From Trypanosoma brucei (taxonomy: Eukaryota), in assembly GCA_000002445.1 (NCBI GenBank), contig CP000071.1:2368001-2432000 (forward strand): a DNA stretch of 64,000 bases, read 5' to 3'. A program made the position numbers and the translations under genes. The notes beneath the pieces were generated by a model that ran no database searches, had not been told where the DNA came from, and saw nothing but the letters and a program-made list of their open reading frames with translations. Shown here piece after piece: positions 38,019 to 48,164 of this stretch; position 1 is the first letter of the stretch, and the number at the start of each line of letters is the position of its first letter.

Positions 38019-39917
38019 ATGCGTGTGGAGGACCCGAAATCACTGGATGCCGTAGCCGATGCGGAGGAATCCGTTAAGGTCGAGGCTCCACTTGAAGGAA
38101 GAAATACACGAGAAGAAAAGGATGAGCAGATGTTTGTTTTTAAGATTGCGGTGGTGGGCGACTATAATGTTGGCAAGACGTCCATCGTGAAGAGATTGCT
38201 CGATATTCCATATGAGAATATTTCACCGTTGCCTCAAGCCGAAAACAAACAAACGAGGGCCAACGGCGCAGAGAAGGGTGACGACAAAAGTGGGAATTCG
38301 GCAAATGTGTCTGCAGAAGGGGCTAACAAGTATGAAGCGGAGGTAAATAGTGCTCAAAATGGTGCCAACACTCGAACTGATTGCAACGACAAGGCGGATG
38401 TGGCTCTTATGACCAAAAACGTGTTGGAACCGCTTCCCGCCACAACACCAACCGTAGGCACCGATTTCTTTTCCCGTGTCGTGCGGAGTGTGCGACCGGG
38501 ACAACATGTGCGACTGCAATTTTGGGACACTGCCGGCTTAGAGCGGTACGCCTCTGTGCACGACTCCACATTCCGCCGCGCCTCTGCGCTCATTGTTGTA
38601 TTTGATGTGAGAAACAGAGAAAGTTTTGCCCATGTAACTTCACAGCACCTTAAGCGTGCCATGCAGTACAATCCCGATATTAGTGGCCGTCACATATTTA
38701 TTGTTGGTAATAAAGTAGACCTTGTTGATAACAGCGAGCCTGAGGATATGGATAGATTTGTTACGCAGTCTGAGCTGCAGTCCGGACTGTTTAGCGCGTT
38801 CCCCGACGTGCATTATTATGAAACTAGTGCGCAAACCAATTACGGTGTATGGGAAGTGTTGCACGGCCTTTGTCAGTCGCTTCCTGATAACTACGCTGCG
38901 ACCACTAGTGGGGAAGCTAAAGAGGAAAAGGCAGCGGTAACGGAGCGAGATCCGTTGCATTCGCTTCTTCCTTTATGTTATGAGCCCGAAACTACATTAG
39001 ATGAAGGAACAGTGGCGGAGGATCCAGCCCTCACTGCAGATGGAACCCTGGCGTCACTGTCGTCACCCTCTTCCATTAAATCGAGGGATGTTCGGAAAGA
39101 TACAAAAGCGTCCGAGGATGAGTTATTTTCTCCAAGAGAATGTGCTGACGAAGATGATGTTTGCCATGGCGGCGCGGATGCGGCTGATAATTTGAAGAGC
39201 GCACGGGGGCGTGGCTCAAATGGGACTGTTGCTACAGTTATGGCTGATCCTATTGACGGCGATGGAATTGATGTTGATGTTGATGTTGATGTTGAGGGTG
39301 AGGATGAGGATGTTATAGCGGACGCTGCTGCAGAGCCCGAGTGTACCGTGAATTCCAGCAAACATGTGGATCCAAACAAATCCTCCCCAGTAAAAGAAGA
39401 AGGTGAAGAGGATGCAGTGGCGGTTCATAGTGAGCGCTCGGCCCCGGGTGATGGTGTTGTTGATAAGAAGGTTAAATGTAATGGATCAGACGGCGAGGTT
39501 GAGACGGAGGACGCCACAGATGTTGAGTGTTTTCCTCAAGAGGATAATGCGGCTCCACCGAGTGTACAAAATACGGCTAGATTTGGTGGCAATTCGTTGC
39601 AGGCGCGTGCTTCATCATTTGCAAATGGCGGTGATGGAGTTCTTTCATGCAGTCGTGCCGCCAGGGGCAAAAGCGGAGAGGACAGTAAAGCTGATGAGAA
39701 CCCTCAAGTGACTTCACATCGCAAAAGAATTGATGATATGTTGAAACGCATCGATGAAGACGCCGGCGTGGAGGATTTTTCTGAGGGAGGGCGAAGGGTT
39801 GAGCAAATGCAAGAAGAGGCATCGGATCAAAGAAAAAAGGAGAAGTCTCCAGTTAAATTGTCAAGGTGTTTTTGCTTCGGTTCCAAGGGCGGCGGGTCTA
39901 AACGTTCAGGTTGCTGA
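38019..39917 (+). CDS. atypical Rab-like small GTPase with a large insertion after the P-loop and a ~330-aa acidic C-terminal extension
   Basis: G1 VVGDYNVGKTS, G3 WDTAGLERY (Leu in place of the catalytic Gln), G4 GNKVDL and G5 ETSAQT. (GATGTT)4 at 39268-39294 encodes DVDVDVDV. The C-terminus …CFCFGSKGGGSKRSGC lacks a canonical CC/CXC motif. Confidence 0.7.
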   Translation: MRVEDPKSLDAVADAEESVKVEAPLEGRNTREEKDEQMFVFKIAVVGDYNVGKTSIVKRLLDIPYENISPLPQAENKQTRANGAEKGDDKSGNSANVSAEGANKYEAEVNSAQNGANTRTDCNDKADVALMTKNVLEPLPATTPTVGTDFFSRVVRSVRPGQHVRLQFWDTAGLERYASVHDSTFRRASALIVVFDVRNRESFAHVTSQHLKRAMQYNPDISGRHIFIVGNKVDLVDNSEPEDMDRFVTQSELQSGLFSAFPDVHYYETSAQTNYGVWEVLHGLCQSLPDNYAATTSGEAKEEKAAVTERDPLHSLLPLCYEPETTLDEGTVAEDPALTADGTLASLSSPSSIKSRDVRKDTKASEDELFSPRECADEDDVCHGGADAADNLKSARGRGSNGTVATVMADPIDGDGIDVDVDVDVEGEDEDVIADAAAEPECTVNSSKHVDPNKSSPVKEEGEEDAVAVHSERSAPGDGVVDKKVKCNGSDGEVETEDATDVECFPQEDNAAPPSVQNTARFGGNSLQARASSFANGGDGVLSCSRAARGKSGEDSKADENPQVTSHRKRIDDMLKRIDEDAGVEDFSEGGRRVEQMQEEASDQRKKEKSPVKLSRCFCFGSKGGGSKRSGC

Positions 39918-42062
39918 GAGTACGGTGTGGTGGGTACGTGAATAATGTTTTTTTCCCCTCTTTTCTCATTGTTTTATTTCGCGACAAAACACACGTGTGC
40001 GTACGGTTGGCGATTATATCGTTTCGCTTTCTTTCCCCTCTCTTTTTCATTGAACGGAAAAAAAAAGACCGTTGCTTAACTTTTGCTGTGATAACACGCC
40101 ACGTGTTTCTTACAATTGGGTGAAAGTTGACCGCCTTGTGATTTGTTGTGTGCTGCTTTCAAAATTAGGGGCTACTAAAGTAAGTGCTGTAAGAGAAATT
40201 GTGGTTTTTTAAGAGAAGGAGGGATGACTGGCGTGTCGCCTCTGTCTTTTTTTTTGTTTTCTTTCTGGTTTGTCTGGATCTTCGGCCGTTTTTCTGTTGT
40301 TTGAACTTTTTTTTTCCCTATTCGTTCTGGACCGCTTGCCGATTGATGCCGATCAAATATTGTGTGTGTATGTGTGTGTATATACGCGTGTGTGTTTGTA
40401 TTAATGAAAATTTGCTTATGACGCGAAGTGATGAGGAAAAAAAAAGGAATAATTGGGTTCAGCAGTTCCGTTCTCTCCTGATAATCGTCGGCCGCCACTT
40501 TCATAACCTTCTTTTCTTTTTTTTTTTTCATTGTTCCTCCCCTAATGCGGATTTTTTTTAAAAAAATTTCTTTCGTCATTCTCTTTGTTTGTTTGTTCGT
40601 GTTTTTTTTTTCGTATATTCCTTTCCCGTTCACTGCGTTGGCGTGTGTGTGTGTGTATATATAACTCAAACTTATTATCCGTAGTTTGAGAGGGATTTTT
40701 TTTATGGAGTTAAATGCGAGCGGCTGCGGCACAATACAGTGGAGGGGAATTCTTTTCTTTTTTTTTCCTTTTTAACGTGCAGGGCTTTATTATCGGCTGA
40801 CAGCAACGTAACGTATTTGTGTTGAGGGGGGAAGTGGGGAGTGGGGAATATACCAAATGAGGCGTAAGTGAAGGGTTCGTTTAGAGAATGCGGAGGGAAT
40901 GGGAAAATAAGTGACATCGTCCCTATGTTTTGTTTTTCTTTTTGAGGTTAACTTTGCTCATCGTCTTTTTTTTTTTGATTGCGCGAACGGACATGCCTAC
41001 ACTACAAATACGTGATGATAAATAAATAGTATATATATATATATATATCCATTTTACGTTTTTTTTCGGTTTGTTTATTTGTGACTCATTAGTTTTACCA
41101 TTAGCATGCAGTGCACCCAGTTGGGTAATTACGCCCTCAAAGTGGGTCATATAGAAGAAAAGAAAAGAAAAGAAAAAGCTAGAGAAAAAAAAGGATGGAA
41201 TGTGGAAAAAAGAATTGGAGGGAAGGAATAAGGAATGTTCGGAATTGTAACACGTTTGTTCAGTACAATAGATACTTAGCTATTCCCTTTTTATTTTGTT
41301 TTTCTTTTGCATTTTTTTTTGTTTTGCGGGGTCCTTCGCTGTGTGCTCGTGTGGTTCGCAATTGGGAAGAGGTAGCGATAAATGCCATTAAACAATAAGT
41401 AGGAGTACATCATCATTTGTCGCTTTTCCCCTACAACTTGTTACACCTCCGTTCATAACATCGATTATTCTTTCTCCCCATCAGGTCATTTTTATGCCAC
41501 TTTGTATCTACAACATAGCAGCTTAAAGTCAGCCTGTGGATGATTTTTCTACTGCTATACGCACATATATACGGATATATACGGATATATACGGATATAT
41601 ATATTCTCTTTTACCTGTTTGCCCATTTTACCTCACCACAGTGTTATGGAGGTTCGTTCCGCTTTTTTGCATTGGTCGATGCGGCTGCGGCTGCGGCATT
41701 GGTAATTGTATTGCTCTGCGCATAGCTTGCTGCTAAAGAATTACATACGCCGCGAGTTGCGCGGCTACTTGGCGTGTGTTTGTGTTCGATAATACTCACT
41801 TTCCTAGTCTTTCTGCCTTTAACTGTTTACGTTTCCCCTTTCTTTCTTTCTTTCTTGTGCTGTTACTCGAATCTTTCTTGCCAAGCAAATATTAGTTTGA
41901 TCATCGTAGCGCGCACTCATTGGGGTGGTACTGTTTCTCGATTACGGGGTTCAGGGTAGGTTGCAATTACTGTTTTCACCTTCAATTTCATCTGACGCAT
42001 TTTCCGTCTTGGGCCCAGTCACGTTGTTGGGGTTTATTCTTCTTTTCTAAAAGCCCTCAGGA

Positions 42063-42065
<3 letters not shown>

Positions 42066-42114
<49 letters not shown>
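42066..42114. repeat. (TA)n microsatellite, ~24 units
   Basis: Direct reading. Confidence 0.95.
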
Positions 42115-42115
<1 letters not shown>

Positions 42116-42659
42116 TGCAGGATTAATATGCGCTGAATCCTTTAGGTGATTGGAACGCCAACTGATCGAACTGTGCACCGGCACGTCCGATTGTCGTGTT
42201 TGTTAATTTTACTGCTATGAAGAGATCACTGCGGTCCTGTGGAAGTGACGTGTGTGTGTATGGATGCCGTTATATTGTTTGAAAGAAACATGTTGTCTGC
42301 GCCTCTTGTTGAGTTCCCTGCTTTTGCGGAGAAATCAAAGTGTAACCATTGGTTAGAGGAAACTGCCTTTACATACGTATAAATTCATTTCAGTCCATGG
42401 CTTCCTGTGCGGACGTCGCATTTCTTCATGTCAATCTCTCTCTCTCTCTCTCTCTGTTTTATCGCATGCTTTTAACAAGCCACTCTCATCTGTTTTATGC
42501 AGTTGTTATTGTTGTTGTTGATTCAAACACCTTTCTTTCATTGCTTCAACTGTATTCATCACAACCCACCTCTTTATTCGTTCTACTGTATGTGAGAGTG
42601 TGGTGTCATAACACAGGTTGCGTTTATCAGGTGCTGCATACATTGGAGAGGAAACAGAA

Positions 42660-43208
42660 ATGGGGAAGCTTCAGGTTTGTATTTGTGCCGCGCGGAGCCT
42701 GCACGACAGGAGAACGCTTTGCACACCTGATCCCTATTGTTGTGTACAGGTAGGCGACACAATACATAAGACAAAAGTCGTGAACAATACATGTAACCCT
42801 GTGTGGAACCAAACATTTCGGTTTCACGTGGCCAACGAAGCTAACGCACAGGTGTGTGTCGAGCTTTGGAACAGAGACATCGTTGCGGACGAAATATTGG
42901 GATCTCTCTGCCTTCCTTTGACTGATCTGACGATGGGTATCGCTCAGGATTCATGGTATCTTCTTTCTCACTCTGCCACAAATGCGGAGTTGCGCATCCG
43001 TGTTTTAGCTTGTGACTTCGGTAAAAAACCGCAACTCAGTGAGCGGTGGAAGGTGACGAATGATATCAATAACTGCCCCGTGTTGGCCGCCGGTGGAAAA
43101 CCGCCCGCGTCTGCCGACCCCGTCACCGTCCCCACAAACTCCAACAACACGCCATTCGCATCAAAGATGGGGCCGGCTGTGGTTCCTGAAGCTGTAGCCT
43201 CAGCATAA
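42660..43208 (+). CDS. small C2-domain protein
   Basis: Classical C2 beta-sandwich signature LQVCICAARSL…DPYCCVQVG…NPVWNQTFRFHV…VELWNRD…DEILG. The track ORF starts at TTG 42618; the first ATG is 42660, giving MGKLQ. Confidence 0.65.
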   Translation: MGKLQVCICAARSLHDRRTLCTPDPYCCVQVGDTIHKTKVVNNTCNPVWNQTFRFHVANEANAQVCVELWNRDIVADEILGSLCLPLTDLTMGIAQDSWYLLSHSATNAELRIRVLACDFGKKPQLSERWKVTNDINNCPVLAAGGKPPASADPVTVPTNSNNTPFASKMGPAVVPEAVASA

Positions 43209-43938
43209 CTTTTCTTCATGTATAGTTTCTCTTCATGGGCAAAATCTTCTCTCTAGAGTGTTAAACTGTTATACGAAATTGCCTAAAAATGCATACAAGT
43301 AAAGAAACGGGTATGAGTGATCATGTGCTTTTGCTTTTTCAGGGGTGGAAAGGGAAGGGGCCGCCGGTAAGGAACGCCCGCTCTCTCCCCATTTTTTTTT
43401 CCTTGTATCGAGAAGAAACGGAACTCCTTTTCGCGGCGCGTGAATGTGGTCGGTCCATCCGAACAACAAGAATGAGGGAGGGAAGGAAATCAAAGTTAAA
43501 GTGAAACTAAAGGGCATACATGTATTATTATTTCAAGTGATGGTGAAAGTTCCCCCCTCCTGCGTGTAGAATTGAAACTAGCTTACCTTTGTGTCTTGCG
43601 TGTTTTTTCCCTTCTCCCTTTCAACTTGCCCCCCCTGGGCTGCTGCTTTGATGCATACGAGGCTGAGTCTAACAATAAATTGAAGGCATGTTGTGTATAA
43701 AGTGTTACTCGCCACCACATATTTCGCGCTATCATGTATCGGCATCAATATATACACATAAGTAGATAAATGTATCTGCTTTCATTTGTCCTTCTTTTTC
43801 TTTTGAGGTTCACTACTTCCTACCTTTCTCTCATATAATTATAAGCGTCTGTTTTTCGTTTCTGTGAAAAAAGATTTCACTGAACTTCCAAGGACTTAGA
43901 GCCCTCAAAGCGGCGCAGCTATAGTAACACCGATCAAG

Positions 43939-46404
43939 ATGAGCGATTCGGAGTCCATTCAGTTTAATGTAATGTCAGAGCTCGAGTCTCCGGTAGTCGG
44001 TCGAGAGGGAAGGAACGCCTGTCGTGGTGAGAGTAGGAAACCTTCCGTGAAGGATTTGAAGCGGCCACCACTTCATGGAGCTCCTTCCCCCACTTCACAC
44101 AAGAGTTTGAGACGTTCGTCCGGAGGATCAAGTTTGCAGTTTGTGGTGTGTGGCGAGGCGGGAGGGGATGACTCGGATAATACAGACACCATTCAGTTTA
44201 ATGTAATGTCAGAGCTCGAGTCTCCGGTAGCCGGTCGAGAGGGAAGGAACGCCTCTCGTGGTGAGAGTAGGAAACCTTCCGTGAAGGATTTGAAGCGGCC
44301 ACCACTTCATGGAGCTCCTTCCCCCACTTCACGCAAGAGTTTGAGACGTTCGTCCGAAGGATCAAGTTTGCAGTTTGTGGTGTGTGGCGAGGCGGGAGGG
44401 GATGACTCGGATAATACAGACACCATTCAGTTTCAAACTGAAGGAGGTTCGCGCAATATATCTCTTAAGGCAGCTTCCCCCACTTCGATAGCGGGAAACC
44501 GACGTAATGACTCTAACGGTAGGAGCCTTCGGCGGTCAAGCACGGAGAGTGGAGATGAATCAGTTGTTTTCGTCATAGAGGACACGCAGTCGACTGGCGG
44601 CAAGAAACCTCTTTCACGGCGTGAGGCTTCGAACGATGACACCATCAGCTTTGTTGTGGGTGATTCGGGGGGTGGTGATGAAGAAGGTGCGGACGGGAGT
44701 AGCATGCAGAAGAGTTTGAGTTTTACTGTTGTTGGCTCTGGAGAGTTGCCTGTCGCACCGCCGGTCTTTACTGGGAAGCAAGGCTCATCATCGCCGCAAC
44801 TAATGTCTCCTTTGGAGGCTCCGTCGAAGCCTGGTGTTGGGTCAAAGGATATGCAGAGACCACCAAAAGCAGTTTCTCGACCCAAGGAGGCAAATAATCT
44901 GAAGGGGAAATATCGGTCTTCTAGTCGAGAGAATACCGGAGACGGCGGTATGACGCGGTCGGATAGCTACGATGTGGTAGAGGAAGGTGGCACCCTTAAG
45001 ATTTGTGGCACAGCCAGCAAGCACACAAGGGCAGGACGGTTGGACATACCGCATACCACCACAAGGGGAAAAGACGTGCTTCCACCTACGGCGAGTGAAG
45101 CTGGGAAGCTATCACCTGGGGAAACGCGCACATCAACTGCGTTAGCGCCTAGCGCCTCTGCTCTGGTTCCGCTACCATTTCCACATCCGTCGCAGAAGAA
45201 ATTTTCCTTGAAAGCTGCTGATATAGAGGAGATGTTTCTTCAGGCAAAGGTGTACACAGAACATTGGCGAATGTTCAACGACATTCAACGAGAGGAGGTA
45301 GCACGACTGGCACAACGAATTGTAGAGATACGCGATGGGGGTTCCAACACTGCGGGCAAAATGAAGGGAAAGAGTGGGGAAGAAGGAAAGGACAAACCCC
45401 TGTGCTTTGCTGATCTCTTCCGAGTAAAATCCTTCTTGAAGGAGACTGACTTGCCATGGAACACAGAACGCTTAGGTAACCAGAAGAAACGGTTGCCCCC
45501 GGGTCGACGGCCAGCGGCCCCCGCTCACTTAGTTGAAGGAGGTAAATTACCTGCTGGTCGTGGAATGAGCCGTCGTGACGATTCCGGTGCGAACAGGCGC
45601 CAGCGGCCATCCCCACAGGGAAATAAGGGAACACGGGTGCCTAAAGGTGCCAAATTGGGCGTGCCGCATTTTGAGAATGTAGCCAAGGAAATGGAGTGTG
45701 ACGCGGTAGCACAGTTTGCGGAGATATATGGTGTCGCGTGGCCTCCATCGTCGAAAAATGAATTGTTCTTCTTGACGGGCGTACGACTCACGCCGAAGCA
45801 GTGCGAAGAGTTCTACGATTCAATGCGGCTTTACGTTGTGGCATCATCAAAAGTAAACGCAAACATGAACCTGCTCAACGCGAACGAAAGAGATTTGAGC
45901 CCGTCCCGCCTATCGGACGCGAAGCGAAAGGTGCGAGTGACACGCACGACCCTTTTACGCAAAGCGTTTACGGTGATGGATGTGGAGAAGAATGGTGTCA
46001 TAAACGCTGCGTTACTTCCTTCGATTCAACGATTACTTGAGGAGGAACGGAGGCATTTGCAAAGCGTATTAGGTGGTGACGTGACTCCGGAGAATTTCCT
46101 GTCGCGGTCACGAGGTGAGAAGGCTAAACTTAACGGCAACGTAGAAACCGTAGTTTCCCCTAAAGTGCCACAAAATAGCACTGCAGTGAATGCTGTGGGC
46201 ACACTGCGCATATATAGCTTGGTTTTGGACGTACTCCTCCCGCTTCTCTGTGCCTCGGGCCTATTAACATTCGACTTCACAACGGTGGGCTTACTCGTCT
46301 TCGGCACGTTGAGTTTATCCACGGCGGGCGCTAGTCCCAGTTTTCTGAAGTGGCGGGAAGCCGCCCAACGCTGTTTTGAGTCCCTGCTCAAAAACCCCGT
46401 ATAG
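43939..46404 (+). CDS. hypothetical repeat protein: near-perfect 78-aa tandem repeat (x2.1), then degenerate SLRRSS…QFVV-type modules, basic/disordered middle, and a C-terminal region with a degenerate EF-hand-like loop (DVEKNGVINAAL) and a hydrophobic tail
   Basis: The 234-bp period is seen directly at 43957 / 44191 / 44425. 821-aa ATG ORF. Confidence 0.5.
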   Translation: MSDSESIQFNVMSELESPVVGREGRNACRGESRKPSVKDLKRPPLHGAPSPTSHKSLRRSSGGSSLQFVVCGEAGGDDSDNTDTIQFNVMSELESPVAGREGRNASRGESRKPSVKDLKRPPLHGAPSPTSRKSLRRSSEGSSLQFVVCGEAGGDDSDNTDTIQFQTEGGSRNISLKAASPTSIAGNRRNDSNGRSLRRSSTESGDESVVFVIEDTQSTGGKKPLSRREASNDDTISFVVGDSGGGDEEGADGSSMQKSLSFTVVGSGELPVAPPVFTGKQGSSSPQLMSPLEAPSKPGVGSKDMQRPPKAVSRPKEANNLKGKYRSSSRENTGDGGMTRSDSYDVVEEGGTLKICGTASKHTRAGRLDIPHTTTRGKDVLPPTASEAGKLSPGETRTSTALAPSASALVPLPFPHPSQKKFSLKAADIEEMFLQAKVYTEHWRMFNDIQREEVARLAQRIVEIRDGGSNTAGKMKGKSGEEGKDKPLCFADLFRVKSFLKETDLPWNTERLGNQKKRLPPGRRPAAPAHLVEGGKLPAGRGMSRRDDSGANRRQRPSPQGNKGTRVPKGAKLGVPHFENVAKEMECDAVAQFAEIYGVAWPPSSKNELFFLTGVRLTPKQCEEFYDSMRLYVVASSKVNANMNLLNANERDLSPSRLSDAKRKVRVTRTTLLRKAFTVMDVEKNGVINAALLPSIQRLLEEERRHLQSVLGGDVTPENFLSRSRGEKAKLNGNVETVVSPKVPQNSTAVNAVGTLRIYSLVLDVLLPLLCASGLLTFDFTTVGLLVFGTLSLSTAGASPSFLKWREAAQRCFESLLKNPV
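43957..44440 (+). repeat. 234-bp (78-codon) coding tandem repeat, 2 full copies plus a partial third, a few substitutions between copies
   Basis: 'attcagtttaatgtaatgtcagagctcgag' recurs at 43957 and 44191. The unit boundary recurs again at 44425. Confidence 0.85.
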
Positions 46405-48164
46405 ATATATCGTTATTAAGTTGTAAACGTGTGGGTGCGTTTGTATGTCTTGCCATATGATGATTATAGCGGCCAGGTGACTGCTTAAAAGAGGCGTTAC
46501 GGTGTGCCAAAGCTGAAGGTAAAGGTGTCGATCAAAAAGAAAAGAAAAGGGTTCGTCTCCCTCTGCGGCTGATACACCAACATAAATAAACAGAATTATG
46601 CATATATATATATATATATGAATGCCCGTTTGCTTTGTTGCCCTTGGAGATATGATGTCATTGCACCGGCGTGACGTCGAGCATGTGATGATAGTTTCCT
46701 TTTACTTTTGATGATGCTCGGGCCAACTTGTACCAGTGTTAGGGAGGGAACCGAGGTATCTTCTATTTTAAATTTAATGTCATTGCTGTAGTTTTGTTTC
46801 CTTTTGATCATAGAGGACTCGCGTACATTTTCCCTGTTCAAACTTATGTTTTTCTTTTTCCGCTGCTGAGTTTTACGTCTGCCTGTTTGGGTAAGTTGCC
46901 CTTGCATCGCCTTTCATTTTTGCCAAATATCTCAGGCTGCATCACTAACTTTAGTTGCCGTGTGGTGCCCAAATGAACAGGTAAGTTTCTTTCCCCATTG
47001 TGCAGTTGCGCCTCCGTAAGAAAAGCCTACGATTATGCATCACCCGCTTTTCTTCGTTTTTCCTTCGGTGTGTACGGCGGTTGTGTTGCTGTGTCTGCGA
47101 TTAAAAAAAAAAACCGCAACTGTTTTGTAGCGAAGCTGAGTCAAACTGAAGAAGGCAGTTGAGAACCACTTTTTTTTTTTTTCTACGTCAAGGAGACAAT
47201 GCTCGCATATGGTTTGCATATTGGTGGGGTGCGACACCGTATGGTGCACGCGACGTCACTGCATTACTGAATTATTTGATGCAGGTAGTTAAACGCAACC
47301 TTTATAGACCCGAACGGATAATTGAAGGTGTGAAGATATTTTTTTTTTTCTGCAGCGCGTGAAATATCTGGTCATTGCGCCACGTGAGTTGTTTATGTCT
47401 TTTGTTACGTTACATCGCACCATCGCCGTTGTTAACTTTAGTGTCGAGGTGATGCTGGGAGTGCCGTAGCTGGACTTGCACCTTAATTCATCTGTTGGAA
47501 CATATATTCTCCGAACCCCCGCCCAGTGGAGAATTTCGCTTCTTAAACATCGACGCACCTGTAATGGTTAACATTTAAAAATAAATACGATATTCCGCTC
47601 CCGTTTCAACAACATGTTCCCCGCCTCGGGGACGTACGTGTACATATATATATATATATATGGCGCTGCCTGTGTCCTTCGGTTGGGAGCATATAAATTC
47701 AATAATAGTGTGGCATACATTGCAATGTGTTTTTGTGTGCATTGCTGCTCGTATTGAAGGGTTTCGTAAGTCACCTTTCATTTATGTCGCGGAATCTCCG
47801 CTGGGTTTCGAAACCTCTCAATAGGGGATGTGACGTCGGGGTAGCGAATATTGTTGAACTTGTGCGGTTAGAGTTACTGGTAGTGTTTAGGTTGTTTTAA
47901 CAAGGAGTTTTTACTCCGCTCTCCCTCTTCTATTTGACATTGTTTAACCTATCTTCCTTAACGAATTCCGTCAATGTACTCTTTTTTGTGGCATGGCGGA
48001 ATCGAAGCACGTGAGACTTCACACCGCTCCTTTTTTTTTTAAATCAATTCCTTTACACTCACCCTTTCCCTTCCCCCTTTTACAATAATTTTTGCTGCAT
48101 TTATTCCTAGTATTTTTTGCATAGTCGTCGGGGAGTGTAGGGAAGAGAGGGAGAAGAGGAAAGC

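Noticed and set aside
46445-46525. Possible C/D-box snoRNA (aTGATGA at ~46457, CTGA at ~46513)
   Set aside because: Box spacing is ~55 nt, there is no convincing terminal stem, and no D'/C' boxes or rRNA-complementary guide could be verified by eye. Too weak to call.
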